Assembly (NCBI GenBank): GCA_963843145.1
Contig: CAWJJC010000006.1
Span: forward strand, 1-64,000
Direction of reading: 5' to 3'
Length of the DNA stretch: 64,000 bases
Source: an uncultured delta proteobacterium
GTDB taxonomy: Bacteria > Desulfobacterota > RBG-13-43-22
Shown here piece after piece: positions 48,936 to 57,720 of the stretch. The notes beneath the pieces are model-generated. The model searched no databases, was not told the origin of the DNA, and was given only the letters and a program-made list of their open reading frames with translations. Each line of letters starts with the position of its first letter. The stretch's first letter is position 1. The translations under genes and the position numbers were made by a program.

Positions 48936-49334
48936 GTCCTCTCCAATTGCGTCATCAATCTCGCGCCAGATAAAAAACAGGTATTTCAAGAGGCCCTGCG
49001 GGTCCTGAAGCCTGGAGGAAGGTTGATGATCTCCGATATTGTCTGGCTTCAAGAAATCCCCCAGGCCATTCGGGAGTCGGCCGGGGCTTATGTGGCCTGT
49101 TTATCCGGAGCGGTCAGGCGGGAGGAGTATCTAGCCGCTATTCAAGCCGCCGGGTTTGAGGAGGTGCGCGTGGTCGGTGAAACCCCGGTCCCTGGGGATC
49201 TCTTTCAAGGCGACCCGCTGGGGCAGACCATTATGGAGCAGTTGAACCTTTCTCCTGAGCAATTGCAGGCCGGAATCCGTTCCATAGCCAGTGTGAAAGT
49301 GGAGGCTCATAGACCGGTAGCTGCTTTAAAATGA
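48936..49334 (+). pseudogene. arsM: Arsenite methyltransferase (ArsM) C-terminal fragment, 5'-truncated
   Basis: VLSNCVINLAPDKKQVFQEALRVLKPGGRLMISDI...YVACLSGA...GF. The upstream sequence is an AT-rich tract without the SAM-binding LDLGSG motif. Confidence 0.75.
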
Positions 49335-49353
49335 AAAAAGGGGCAAAAGTATT

Positions 49354-50805
49354 TTATTTGTTCTTTTCCCTTGTCCCTTTTTGTTGGTTTTTGAATGGAA
49401 GCGGTCTCGGGGGGTGGTTCTCATCAAGGCCTTGGTTTTTTGGGGGGAGGGTTCTTTCTATTCCGGTTGTTCCAGCGACGGTCCCGCCCTTCGGCGGCCG
49501 GGTACTGATCATTCCCCGGGCTTCCTGTCTAAGACCCGGCAACCGGTATCCAAACCCCAGGCCAGCCATCACGCCTACAACCCCGCCGAGGGCTACGGTG
49601 ATCGGAGCCCCTAGATGGTGGGCCATGGCCCCGGCCAGGAGCGCTCCGAACGGGGCCATGCCCATGAACATCATCGAATAGACGGACATGACCCGTCCGC
49701 GCAACTTGTCCGGGACCATGGATTGAATGAGGGTGTTAGAGGCGGCCATTTCCGCCATCAGGCAGAAACCCACCGGCAAAAGAAGGGCCGCGGAAAGCCA
49801 GAACCATCGGGACAGGGAAAACAGGATGAGGCTGACTCCAAAACCGGTGGCCGAAAAACTGACCCAGCGCCCCAGACCACGCACCTCCCGCCGCGCCGCG
49901 AGAAGTAACGCGGATATCAGGGCGCCCACCCCGGAGGCTCCCATCAACAGGCCTAGCCCTCGAGCCCCGCCGTGCAGGATGCGATCGGCGAAGATCGGCA
50001 TGAGCACGACATACGGCATTCCCAGGAGACTGATCAGTCCGAGTAAGATCAACAAGGCCCGAATCGGCCCCGTCCTTCCGACATAGCGAAAACCGTCGAT
50101 GATGCTGTGCAGCGCCGAGTCGGTCTGGGGAACTCGGGTCGGGAAATCGATCTTCATCAGCAGCAGCCCGGCAATGACCGCCAGGTAGCTGACGGCATTG
50201 GCGAAAAAACACCACCCTTCACCGATACTAGCCACTAACAGGCCTCCTACGGCCGGACCGACAATGCGCGCCCCATTAAACATCGAAGAATTCAAGGCAA
50301 TGGCGTTCAGAAGGTCTTCTCGCCCAACCATATCCATCAGAAAAGCCTGTCGGGTTGGTATGTCAAAGGCATTCACCACGCCGAGCAGAGAGGCGATCAT
50401 AAACACCTCCCAGACCTGCACTCTTTGAGTCAGGCTCAGCGCCGCCAGGAAAAAGGCTAAGAGCATGGAGGCCGCTTGCGTCATCACCAGAATGCGATGG
50501 CGGTTATGTCTATCGGCCACCGCACCGCCGATGGAAGCGAGCAGAAAAACCGGAATTTGACCGGCAAAACCGACGAAACCCAACCAGGCCGCCGAATCGG
50601 TTAATCGGTAGACCAGCCAGGATTGTGCTATCCACTGCATCCAGGTGCCGGTAAGCGAAATGAACTGCCCTCCGAAAAAAAGCCGGAAATTCCGGTGTCG
50701 GAAGGCTCTTAAGACCAAGGAACCTCGCGACCCGGAGGACGCCGGCCGCCCGGAGCTATTGGTGTTCTCGAGGGTCTTTTCTGAATTGATTGAATTCAAG
50801 GTCAA
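49354..50805 (-). CDS. MFS transporter (MFS_3/DUF894-like)
   Basis: RAFRHRNFRLFFGGQFISLTGTWMQ, GGAVADR, NAIALNS, LRGRVMS; about 12 TM segments. Confidence 0.9.
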   Translation of the reverse strand: MTLNSINSEKTLENTNSSGRPASSGSRGSLVLRAFRHRNFRLFFGGQFISLTGTWMQWIAQSWLVYRLTDSAAWLGFVGFAGQIPVFLLASIGGAVADRHNRHRILVMTQAASMLLAFFLAALSLTQRVQVWEVFMIASLLGVVNAFDIPTRQAFLMDMVGREDLLNAIALNSSMFNGARIVGPAVGGLLVASIGEGWCFFANAVSYLAVIAGLLLMKIDFPTRVPQTDSALHSIIDGFRYVGRTGPIRALLILLGLISLLGMPYVVLMPIFADRILHGGARGLGLLMGASGVGALISALLLAARREVRGLGRWVSFSATGFGVSLILFSLSRWFWLSAALLLPVGFCLMAEMAASNTLIQSMVPDKLRGRVMSVYSMMFMGMAPFGALLAGAMAHHLGAPITVALGGVVGVMAGLGFGYRLPGLRQEARGMISTRPPKGGTVAGTTGIERTLPPKNQGLDENHPPRPLPFKNQQKGTREKNK

Positions 50806-53585
50806 GGTGCCGGGTGAGCTGTCGGCCCGAACAGGTCGAATTCATGGATCGACCAATAGTAGGTTGGATCGGACCCCTGTTGTTCCAGCCGCACATAACG
50901 GCAGGAAACCGGAGCAAAGAAATAGGTAATCCGATCCCCCCGTTTATTGAAAAAACGGTTCCCGGCCCAATACAGATCAGAGACCCACTGGGTTTCCATG
51001 TTTCGCCAGTTCGTCCCGTCGGATGAAACCCGCAGCTTTAAATCCCGGGGGTAATCCTTAAGGGAATCTTCCAGCCGCAGCGTCATCCTCCGTATGGTTT
51101 CCCTTCGGCCCAGATCCAACTGGAAATATAAGTCGGGTGTCTGGGGTTTAAGAGAGGTCCAGCGCGTTCGGGGGTTTCCGTCCAGGGCCAGGGAGGCCTC
51201 CCGCGGGTTGGCGTTCGCCGAGGCCCGCCATCTCGACCGATCCAAGGGAACCTCGGGGGCTTTCATAAAATGATAGCAAACGCGATAAGGTCCGAAAAAT
51301 TTCTGTTGGAAGGTGACCCCGTACTCGGCGAGCATTTCTTCAATCTCAGGCATTTCGGTTTGATCGATAACCACCGCTGTGGTTGGGGTGAGTTCCAGGA
51401 AATCAATAAAATCCGGAGGGGGAACCACTTCTCCGTTATCTCCCAAAAAGTGATTGGACCCCACGGTCGAAATGGTCCCTCTGCTCTCAACCTGGATCAG
51501 GGCGGATAGCCAGTGGTCTCCATAGGCCTGGTTAACTCCCTGCTCTTGGAGGAAAGCCACCAAACCCTGAATGGGTCCTTCCCCGACGGCGATTCTTTTA
51601 TTCGCCCCGGCGGTGCGGTACACCAGGAGTTCGCGGATGGACCAATAATAATCCGGTCGGCCCTGGGTTAAGGTTATCTTCAGGAAACGGGCGGGGACGG
51701 GATCAAAGGTGGCCTCCACCCGACCCCGCCGGATCTTGATCATGGGACCGGGTCCGGACCAGAAAAAAGGACCGACATAGTCCGCCACCCGGGTTACGAC
51801 CTGCCATTTTTTTCCAGTCGCCGACACCTCGATTTGATAGCCGGCCGGAATATGGCGATAACTGCCCGGCCACCAACTGACTTTATTTATTGATTCAGTC
51901 CGGCCTAAATCTAAAAGAAAAAAAACTCCCGCTTTCTGAGGGCTGAACCAGGCGCTTTCCACATCTCCGTCGAAGGCGGCCCGCGTCAGGAGGTGTTCCC
52001 GGTTGGCCGTGGCCGACCACCCGCGCCTGCTTAAAGGGAGAAAAGGACCGGGGGGAGGAATGAAATCCGTATAAAGGTCAAAAGCGGGAGTAGGCATTGA
52101 TTTTCGGCAGCCGCCGCCCAAGGCTTTCAGGTTATCCACCCAGAGGGAATCAGGTCGGGGGTATAAATAGGCCGGTCGGTCCGTGCTGTCTACCCACTGG
52201 GCATAGCGCAGATAAACGGCCTGGTAGGGATCAACGGCGATCATTTTTTCCCCGGAGAGAAAGGTAAGTCGGTTAGGATAATAGGGACTGTAAATTCTTT
52301 GGATCCCCTTTTCCGTGATGGCCCGGATTAAGGCCGAATCGGCATTCTTCCGCTGGGCAACGGCCTGGCGTTGTTCCGGGACCAGGAAGGGCCAGCTCGG
52401 CTTTATAAGGGACCCCCAACAATTAACCCCGAGGAGCAGACCCAGGAGAACCAGTCCGCCCAGCAGAGATTTAGAGGTGGTTTTATCGATAAAAAGAGCC
52501 AAAAAGAAGGGAATGCTGGTGTAATAGGGAAGGAAATATTTGGGGTCATAATCGCTGAGTCGGACGTTGAAAACCGTCAGCAGATTAATGGCGACCGTAG
52601 CGAGCAGGGTCAACAGCAGTAAGGCCGTCCCCTGGGACTTTCGATTGGGAGGTCCAAAAAGCCCGGCCAGGCCGTCTCCTCTATTCATCAGGCTGGAGGC
52701 TAAAGCCAGGCCCAGGAGGGTCAGGAAGACGACGAAAGGAATAATCTTGCCGGGTTCCGAAGTGAAGGGATACGGAATTCCCCCCAGTATCGGCAGCGCA
52801 TTACCAAAAAAGTCAACAGCGATAATTTTCCAGTCAGGCCAGACAATCAGCCGGAGAATCTGGAGGCCGGAATCCGGGTGCCGCGCCTGATAAAGAAACT
52901 GGGGTAGACCTCCCAGAAGAAAAAAGATGATCACTAAGAAAAAAGAAGGGCGCAGGGGAAGTTTTTTATCGAAGAGCCAGAGAAAAAAGAAAGCCGGCAA
53001 AAGATAACAAACGATGAGATGATTAGTCCACCAGCCCAGCCCGGCCATCAGTCCCAGGAAGATCAGTTGCCGGGAGCGTTCTTCCGGCTTTGATTTCTGA
53101 TAAATAATTCTGGAAACCAGCACTAACAGCATGCTGCCGAAGATCAGGGTCAGCGGATAATGAGATCGGGCTTCATGAGTCCAATCCAGATAGAAGGAGG
53201 GCGGAAGGGCCAGGTAAAGGAGGGCCAGCAGCACCACCTTTTCGGGGAAAAAGGTCCGTCCCAGTTGCCGGATCAAAAAGAGAAAAAGGAAAGAAAGCAT
53301 AACCGGGAGCAGCTCCAGGACCCAGGCCTGGGGACCGAGGCCGAGAACCAGCACAGCGCTCAAATAGGCCTCCAGGGACCCCATGAAATTCTGCCCATAA
53401 AAAAAAACCGGGAATTCACCGGCCAGGACCCGCAGGCTCATGATCCCGATGACCGATTCATCGCCCCCTAACTCCGCGGTCAGCAAGGGGATCGCTCGGG
53501 CCGCCAGGGCAATTAAAAAGATGCCGGCATAGGCCAGCATTTTTTTATTCAAGGGACGAGGCCCCGGAAGAATGCTCGCTTTCAT
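50802..53585 (-). CDS. GT-C (ArnT/PMT-like) membrane glycosyltransferase with two discoidin/F5-8 type C domains
   Basis: GGDESVIG acidic motif after TM1, FYGQNFMGSLE, multi-TM region; two repeats AFDGDVESAW...LDLG...RFLKI...WSIREL and ALDGNPRTRW...LDLG...RYVRL...WSIHEF. Confidence 0.75.
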   Translation of the reverse strand: MKASILPGPRPLNKKMLAYAGIFLIALAARAIPLLTAELGGDESVIGIMSLRVLAGEFPVFFYGQNFMGSLEAYLSAVLVLGLGPQAWVLELLPVMLSFLFLFLIRQLGRTFFPEKVVLLALLYLALPPSFYLDWTHEARSHYPLTLIFGSMLLVLVSRIIYQKSKPEERSRQLIFLGLMAGLGWWTNHLIVCYLLPAFFFLWLFDKKLPLRPSFFLVIIFFLLGGLPQFLYQARHPDSGLQILRLIVWPDWKIIAVDFFGNALPILGGIPYPFTSEPGKIIPFVVFLTLLGLALASSLMNRGDGLAGLFGPPNRKSQGTALLLLTLLATVAINLLTVFNVRLSDYDPKYFLPYYTSIPFFLALFIDKTTSKSLLGGLVLLGLLLGVNCWGSLIKPSWPFLVPEQRQAVAQRKNADSALIRAITEKGIQRIYSPYYPNRLTFLSGEKMIAVDPYQAVYLRYAQWVDSTDRPAYLYPRPDSLWVDNLKALGGGCRKSMPTPAFDLYTDFIPPPGPFLPLSRRGWSATANREHLLTRAAFDGDVESAWFSPQKAGVFFLLDLGRTESINKVSWWPGSYRHIPAGYQIEVSATGKKWQVVTRVADYVGPFFWSGPGPMIKIRRGRVEATFDPVPARFLKITLTQGRPDYYWSIRELLVYRTAGANKRIAVGEGPIQGLVAFLQEQGVNQAYGDHWLSALIQVESRGTISTVGSNHFLGDNGEVVPPPDFIDFLELTPTTAVVIDQTEMPEIEEMLAEYGVTFQQKFFGPYRVCYHFMKAPEVPLDRSRWRASANANPREASLALDGNPRTRWTSLKPQTPDLYFQLDLGRRETIRRMTLRLEDSLKDYPRDLKLRVSSDGTNWRNMETQWVSDLYWAGNRFFNKRGDRITYFFAPVSCRYVRLEQQGSDPTYYWSIHEFDLFGPTAHPAP

Positions 53586-53885
53586 CAGTGGACCAGAATA
53601 AGGTGGGATGGCTTCGCTTTGGCGAATATCGGCAAAACGGGCTGAGACCCCCCGGAATACGGTGTCCGTTTTTCCGATTTGACGTTGGTAATGACGATCT
53701 CCTTATCAATGAGAGGAGTATAAAATAAGCCTAATGGGGTGGGCAAGGAGAAAAATCAAGGATGGCTAGGGGACTTAGGAGGTGTGGGTTTGATCCGTCT
53801 GAAGATAGGAGGGTCGGATAGCGTTTGTTGAATCCAAATAGTTTTCGAACCGGCACCAGCGGTTCACTCCCGCTCCACTCCTGGC

Positions 53886-54377
53886 TCACTCAGACCTAGC
53901 GTCGGCGCCATGCTCAGAAAGCTGAGCCCCAAACCAGCGATGCAGTGCTGTTAACAAGTGGAGATCGGTCGTTTTAAACGTAATTTCAGCCCCCAAGGGC
54001 AGCACGGCATACGAGACCTTGATAGCGGATGCTCCAGCTTGAAGGTCCTTGAGTCCCGGCATGTCTGCCCCATGCAGTTTCGCCGGGTCTGAATAATCGC
54101 CCTGTTGAAACCTCTCCGCCTCGTGCCGGAGATGCTGTTGAATGAGGGCAATCTGATCAGAAGCGCCGGGGTCTTTGGCGAGGATTCTTTGCACACCGCC
54201 AGACTCAGTCATTTTGAAGATGTGGACGGTCTTTGACATAGCGAAAGGCATGACGCTTGGCGCCATTTGGTGCACCTGCTCTTGTCGGGTTCCGGCAAAC
54301 ACATTGGCGCTACCCATCAAGAGCAGGATGGCGACCCCCAGGGCCGGAAAGGCGGAATTTCGTAAATGCTCGTTCAT
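53886..54377 (-). CDS. Conserved secreted hypothetical protein
   Basis: Signal peptide; VMPF...HIF...GGVQ, DPAKLHGADMPGL, LHRWFGAQLSEHG motifs; AGGAG RBS. Confidence 0.7.
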   Translation of the reverse strand: MNEHLRNSAFPALGVAILLLMGSANVFAGTRQEQVHQMAPSVMPFAMSKTVHIFKMTESGGVQRILAKDPGASDQIALIQQHLRHEAERFQQGDYSDPAKLHGADMPGLKDLQAGASAIKVSYAVLPLGAEITFKTTDLHLLTALHRWFGAQLSEHGADARSE

Positions 54378-54607
54378 CTGCTTCTCCTAGAAGGTTGTCC
54401 GCGAGAATATTGAAGGCCAATAAGCTAATTAAGTAGTCTTCCCGATGTCTACCTAAGATGTTCTTTAGGGTAAAATAACTATAGCCTATTAGCTCTAATT
54501 TGGCTATTAATCTTTCAAACCGGTGGGTCCCAGCCCTTTTTTTAAATTTTCCCTGAGGGAAGAGTAGGGGGAGATCGATCTGCTTATGAGGGAGTTAATA
54601 GCGAAAT

Positions 54608-55972
54608 CTAATTTTTCGCCTTTCTTTTCAGTAAATTAGCGGCGATCAGCAGGGGATCCCAGACCGGGCTGAAGGGCGGGGCATAGGCCAGGTCCAGCCG
54701 GGAGATCTCCTCCAGGGTCATTTCATTATAAAGGGCCACGGCCAACATATTGATCTTGCGGGCTTCGCCGTCCCGGCCGATCCAGTTCCCTCCCAGGATT
54801 CTCCCGGAAGCTGAATCCGCCACGATTTTGAGCAATGAAGACTGAACCCCGGGGTAGATGCCCACCCGGGAATTGGCCTCCACCACCTGACTGATAGCAG
54901 GATAGCCCAACTTTTTGGCCTGGGCCTCCGATATTCCCGCCAGGCCGATCTCCAGGTTGAAAACCTTGACGCAGGCGGCGCCCACGATGCCGTGAAATTG
55001 CGACCGGCCGCCCACGGCATTTTCCCCGGCTACCCGTCCTTCCTTGTTGGCAATATCCCCCAGGGGGACTAAGACCGGCTTCCCGGTGACCCGGTGAAAT
55101 TTTTCGCAGCAGTCACCGGCTGAAAAAACAAGGGGGTCGTTGGTCAGCATCCGGTCGTTGACCTGGATGCCGCCGGTCTCTCCCAGGACGATCCCGGCCT
55201 GGCGGGCGATTTCACTGTTTGGCTGAACCCCGATGCCGACAAAAAAAAGGTCGGCCGGAAATGAACCCTGGTCGGTTAGTACCTGCACGGCCTGATTACC
55301 TCGGGTCTCAAAGGCTTGTGGGTTGACCCGACCCAGGAAGGCCACCCCCCGGGCTTGCAGTTCATCCACGATGATCGGTCCCAGTTCCGGCTCCAGGCCG
55401 CTGTAGGGGTAGTCGCCGCGGTAGAGGATGGTGGTTTCCACCCCACGCTCCCGCAGGGCTTCGGCCACTTCCAGGGAGATGTAGCCGGCCCCGATGATGA
55501 CTGCCCGTCCAGGCCGCTGCCGGTCGATAAAACGACGGATTCGGATCCCGTCGGCCAACTCCTTGAGCGTGAAGATATTTTCCGCCTCCTCGCCGGGGAT
55601 CCCCAATTTCCGGGAACGGGCGCCGGTGGCGATGATCAGCCGGTCGTAGGACAGGGTGCTTTCCTGTCCGCTGGCTTGATTCCGAACCTGAACCCGGCCG
55701 TTGGCCCGATCAATGGATAGGGCCTGGTGGTTCAGCCGGACGTCGATCCGCTGCTTGCTCCGAAATTCCTCCGGGGTGCGGGCGATCAGTTCCGTGTGGT
55801 CCTTGATTACATCACCGATGTAATAGGGCAGCTCTCAGGAGCCGACGGAGACAAAGGCTCCCTTTTCCAGCATGGTAATATTGGCCGCGGACGCTTTCCG
55901 CCGGGCGCTGCTGGCCGCCGTGGGTCCGGCCGCCGACCCGCCGATGATCAGGATTTCCAGCTTATTGGTCAT
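54608..55972 (-). CDS. Selenocysteine-containing NADH oxidase / CoA-disulfide reductase family flavoprotein (454 aa, Sec46)
   Basis: ATG at 55972 after AGAGGAGGG; IIGGSAAG FAD motif; FVSVGS-UGA(55835-55837)-ELPY aligns with the SxxxCxLPY redox motif; the frame continues through IATGA, IIGAGYI, GDC and LDLAYAPPFSP. Confidence 0.85.
55806..55824 (-). other. Bacterial SECIS-like hairpin
   Basis: mRNA UGA-GAGCUGCCCU-AUUACAUC-GGU-GAUGUAAU: perfect 8-bp stem with a G-first GGU loop starting 19 nt after the UGA. Confidence 0.75.
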
Positions 55973-56017
55973 TAGTAAGGCCCTCCTCTATGCATAACCT
56001 CGCAAATAACAGAATCT

Positions 56018-56172
56018 TTAAACTCGAAATCCGAAGCACGAAATCCGAAACAAATTCAAATGACCTAAATTCAAAACATTTATTCCTGATGATGGGGTAT
56101 GAGGTTTTGATCATTTGGATTTTGAGCGTTCGAGTTTGTTTCGGATTTCGAGTTTTGAATTTCGGATTTAGG
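56018..56172. repeat. Long imperfect palindromic intergenic element built from CGAAATC-like units
   Basis: CGAAATCCGAAACAAATTC (56039-56057) pairs 18/19 with GAGTTTGTTTCGGATTTCG (56132-56150); the flanking units also pair. Confidence 0.75.
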
Positions 56173-56190
56173 CTTCTAATTCGCGGGAGG

Positions 56191-57531
56191 TCAGCTTATT
56201 AAAAGGATGTGTACATCCATCACATTGGTGCCGGTAGGACCGGTGATCACCAGACCGCCGGCCTCTTCAAAGAAATGATAGGAATCGTTATTCTCCAGCA
56301 TTTTTTTCAGGGGAATCCCCTTTTTCAAGGCTCGGGTCGAGGTCCGGCCGTCCACGATCGCTCCGGCCGCTGCCGTCGGTCCGTCGCTGCCGTCGGTGCC
56401 GGCGCTCAGAAAAACGGTTTTCGGCAGTCCCTCAATCTCCAGAGCGACGGCCAGGGCCAATTCCATATTTCGGCCGCCCAGCCCCTGACCTTTGACGGTT
56501 ACCGTGGGCTCCCCGCCGGCGATCAGACAGACCGGTGGTTTTAAGGGGTGACCGGAAAGCTGAATTTCTTTGGCCAGTGCCCCGTAAAATTTGGCCAGTT
56601 CCCGGGCTTCACCCTGGACCTGGGAGGTCAGCACCAGGGGAGTGAAGCCGAAGGCCCTGGCGCTGTTGGCGGCGGCCGTCAAGGCGGAGCGATTGCGGGC
56701 CAGAATAAAATTCCGAACCCTGCGGAAGCAGGAGTCCCCGGGCTTGGGGGTCTCTACCGCCCGTCCGTGGATTCCGGCCTTCAGGTGGTTGACGATCGTC
56801 CGGGATCCGGCCTTCAACAATCGGTATTTATCCAGGACCCCCCAGGCTTCCTGGAAAGTCGAGGGGTCGGGAACAAAAGGACCGGACCCGATGCTGTCCA
56901 TTGGATCTCCCACCACGTCGGAGATGATCAGGTTGATTACGGTGGCCGGATAGGCCAGTTTGGCTAACTGCCCGCCCTTGGTTTGGGAAATATGCTTCCG
57001 GACCATGTTGATTTCCTGAATGGTGGCCCCTGAACGGAGGAGCAGGGCGGTTAATCCTTGTTTCTCTTTCAACGTGATGGACGGCGTGGGGGCCGGCAAC
57101 AGGGCCGAACACCCCCCAGAGGTAAGAAAAAGAATCAGGTCTTCGGGACGGCTTTGTTTAAGCAGAGATATCATGGACCTGGCGCCCCTCAGGCCGGCGG
57201 CGTCCGGCAAGGGATGACCGGCCTCTAAAATCTGAATACGGGATAATGGACAAGCGTGGCCGTATTTGGTAATGACCAGTCCCGAGTCGATCCGGGCGCC
57301 CAAAATCGCTTCGCAGGCCTCCGCCATCCGGGCCGAGGCCTTGCCGGCGCCCAGCACGATGATCTTTTTATAGGCTCGCAGATCGTAGTGTTGGACCTTT
57401 CCTAAATCTTCCTGGATGGTCAGGGTTTGTCCTCGAAGGAGGACTTGCCTGGGGAAAAAATTATGGGGAACCACCGCCGCTATGGCGCCCTTAAGGATTC
57501 GGTTGGTCTGGGAGAGAAGCGTCTTGATCAT
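56191..57531 (-). CDS. Glycerate 2-kinase / TtuD-type (DUF4147 plus MOFRL)
   Basis: LGAGKAS, AGHPLPD, SGGCSAL, RKHIS..KGG, SDVVGD, GGEPTV, GGRNME, GTDGSDG, TGPTGTNVMD. Confidence 0.93.
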   Translation of the reverse strand: MIKTLLSQTNRILKGAIAAVVPHNFFPRQVLLRGQTLTIQEDLGKVQHYDLRAYKKIIVLGAGKASARMAEACEAILGARIDSGLVITKYGHACPLSRIQILEAGHPLPDAAGLRGARSMISLLKQSRPEDLILFLTSGGCSALLPAPTPSITLKEKQGLTALLLRSGATIQEINMVRKHISQTKGGQLAKLAYPATVINLIISDVVGDPMDSIGSGPFVPDPSTFQEAWGVLDKYRLLKAGSRTIVNHLKAGIHGRAVETPKPGDSCFRRVRNFILARNRSALTAAANSARAFGFTPLVLTSQVQGEARELAKFYGALAKEIQLSGHPLKPPVCLIAGGEPTVTVKGQGLGGRNMELALAVALEIEGLPKTVFLSAGTDGSDGPTAAAGAIVDGRTSTRALKKGIPLKKMLENNDSYHFFEEAGGLVITGPTGTNVMDVHILLIS

Positions 57532-57720
57532 GAAGGTAAATTTACTTTCAATATTACTTTACCATGATCCAGCCACCAAATCAACTGTCCACCGGCGGTG
57601 CCTTGGTCCTGAACTCCCCGGCCCGGGCGGGTACCCACTAAGGACGCCCCGGGCCGGCGGATTATCATTGAAAAAGATAAGCATTTGATGCTAAATAAGT
57701 CATCCCTTGGCGAGGTTATC

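Noticed and set aside
53886-54377. Aspartate carbamoyltransferase label that I recall being attached to similar proteins
   Set aside because: No ATCase motifs (e.g. STRT, HPTQ), far too short, and it has a signal peptide.
56018-56172. CRISPR array, or the 70-aa ORF 55990-56202
   Set aside because: There is no repeat-spacer periodicity and no cas gene; the ORF is a translation of the palindromic repeat.
57618-57657. GC-rich 10-bp inverted repeat in the divergent promoter region
   Set aside because: Could arise by chance in GC-rich sequence; no U-tract or second copy.
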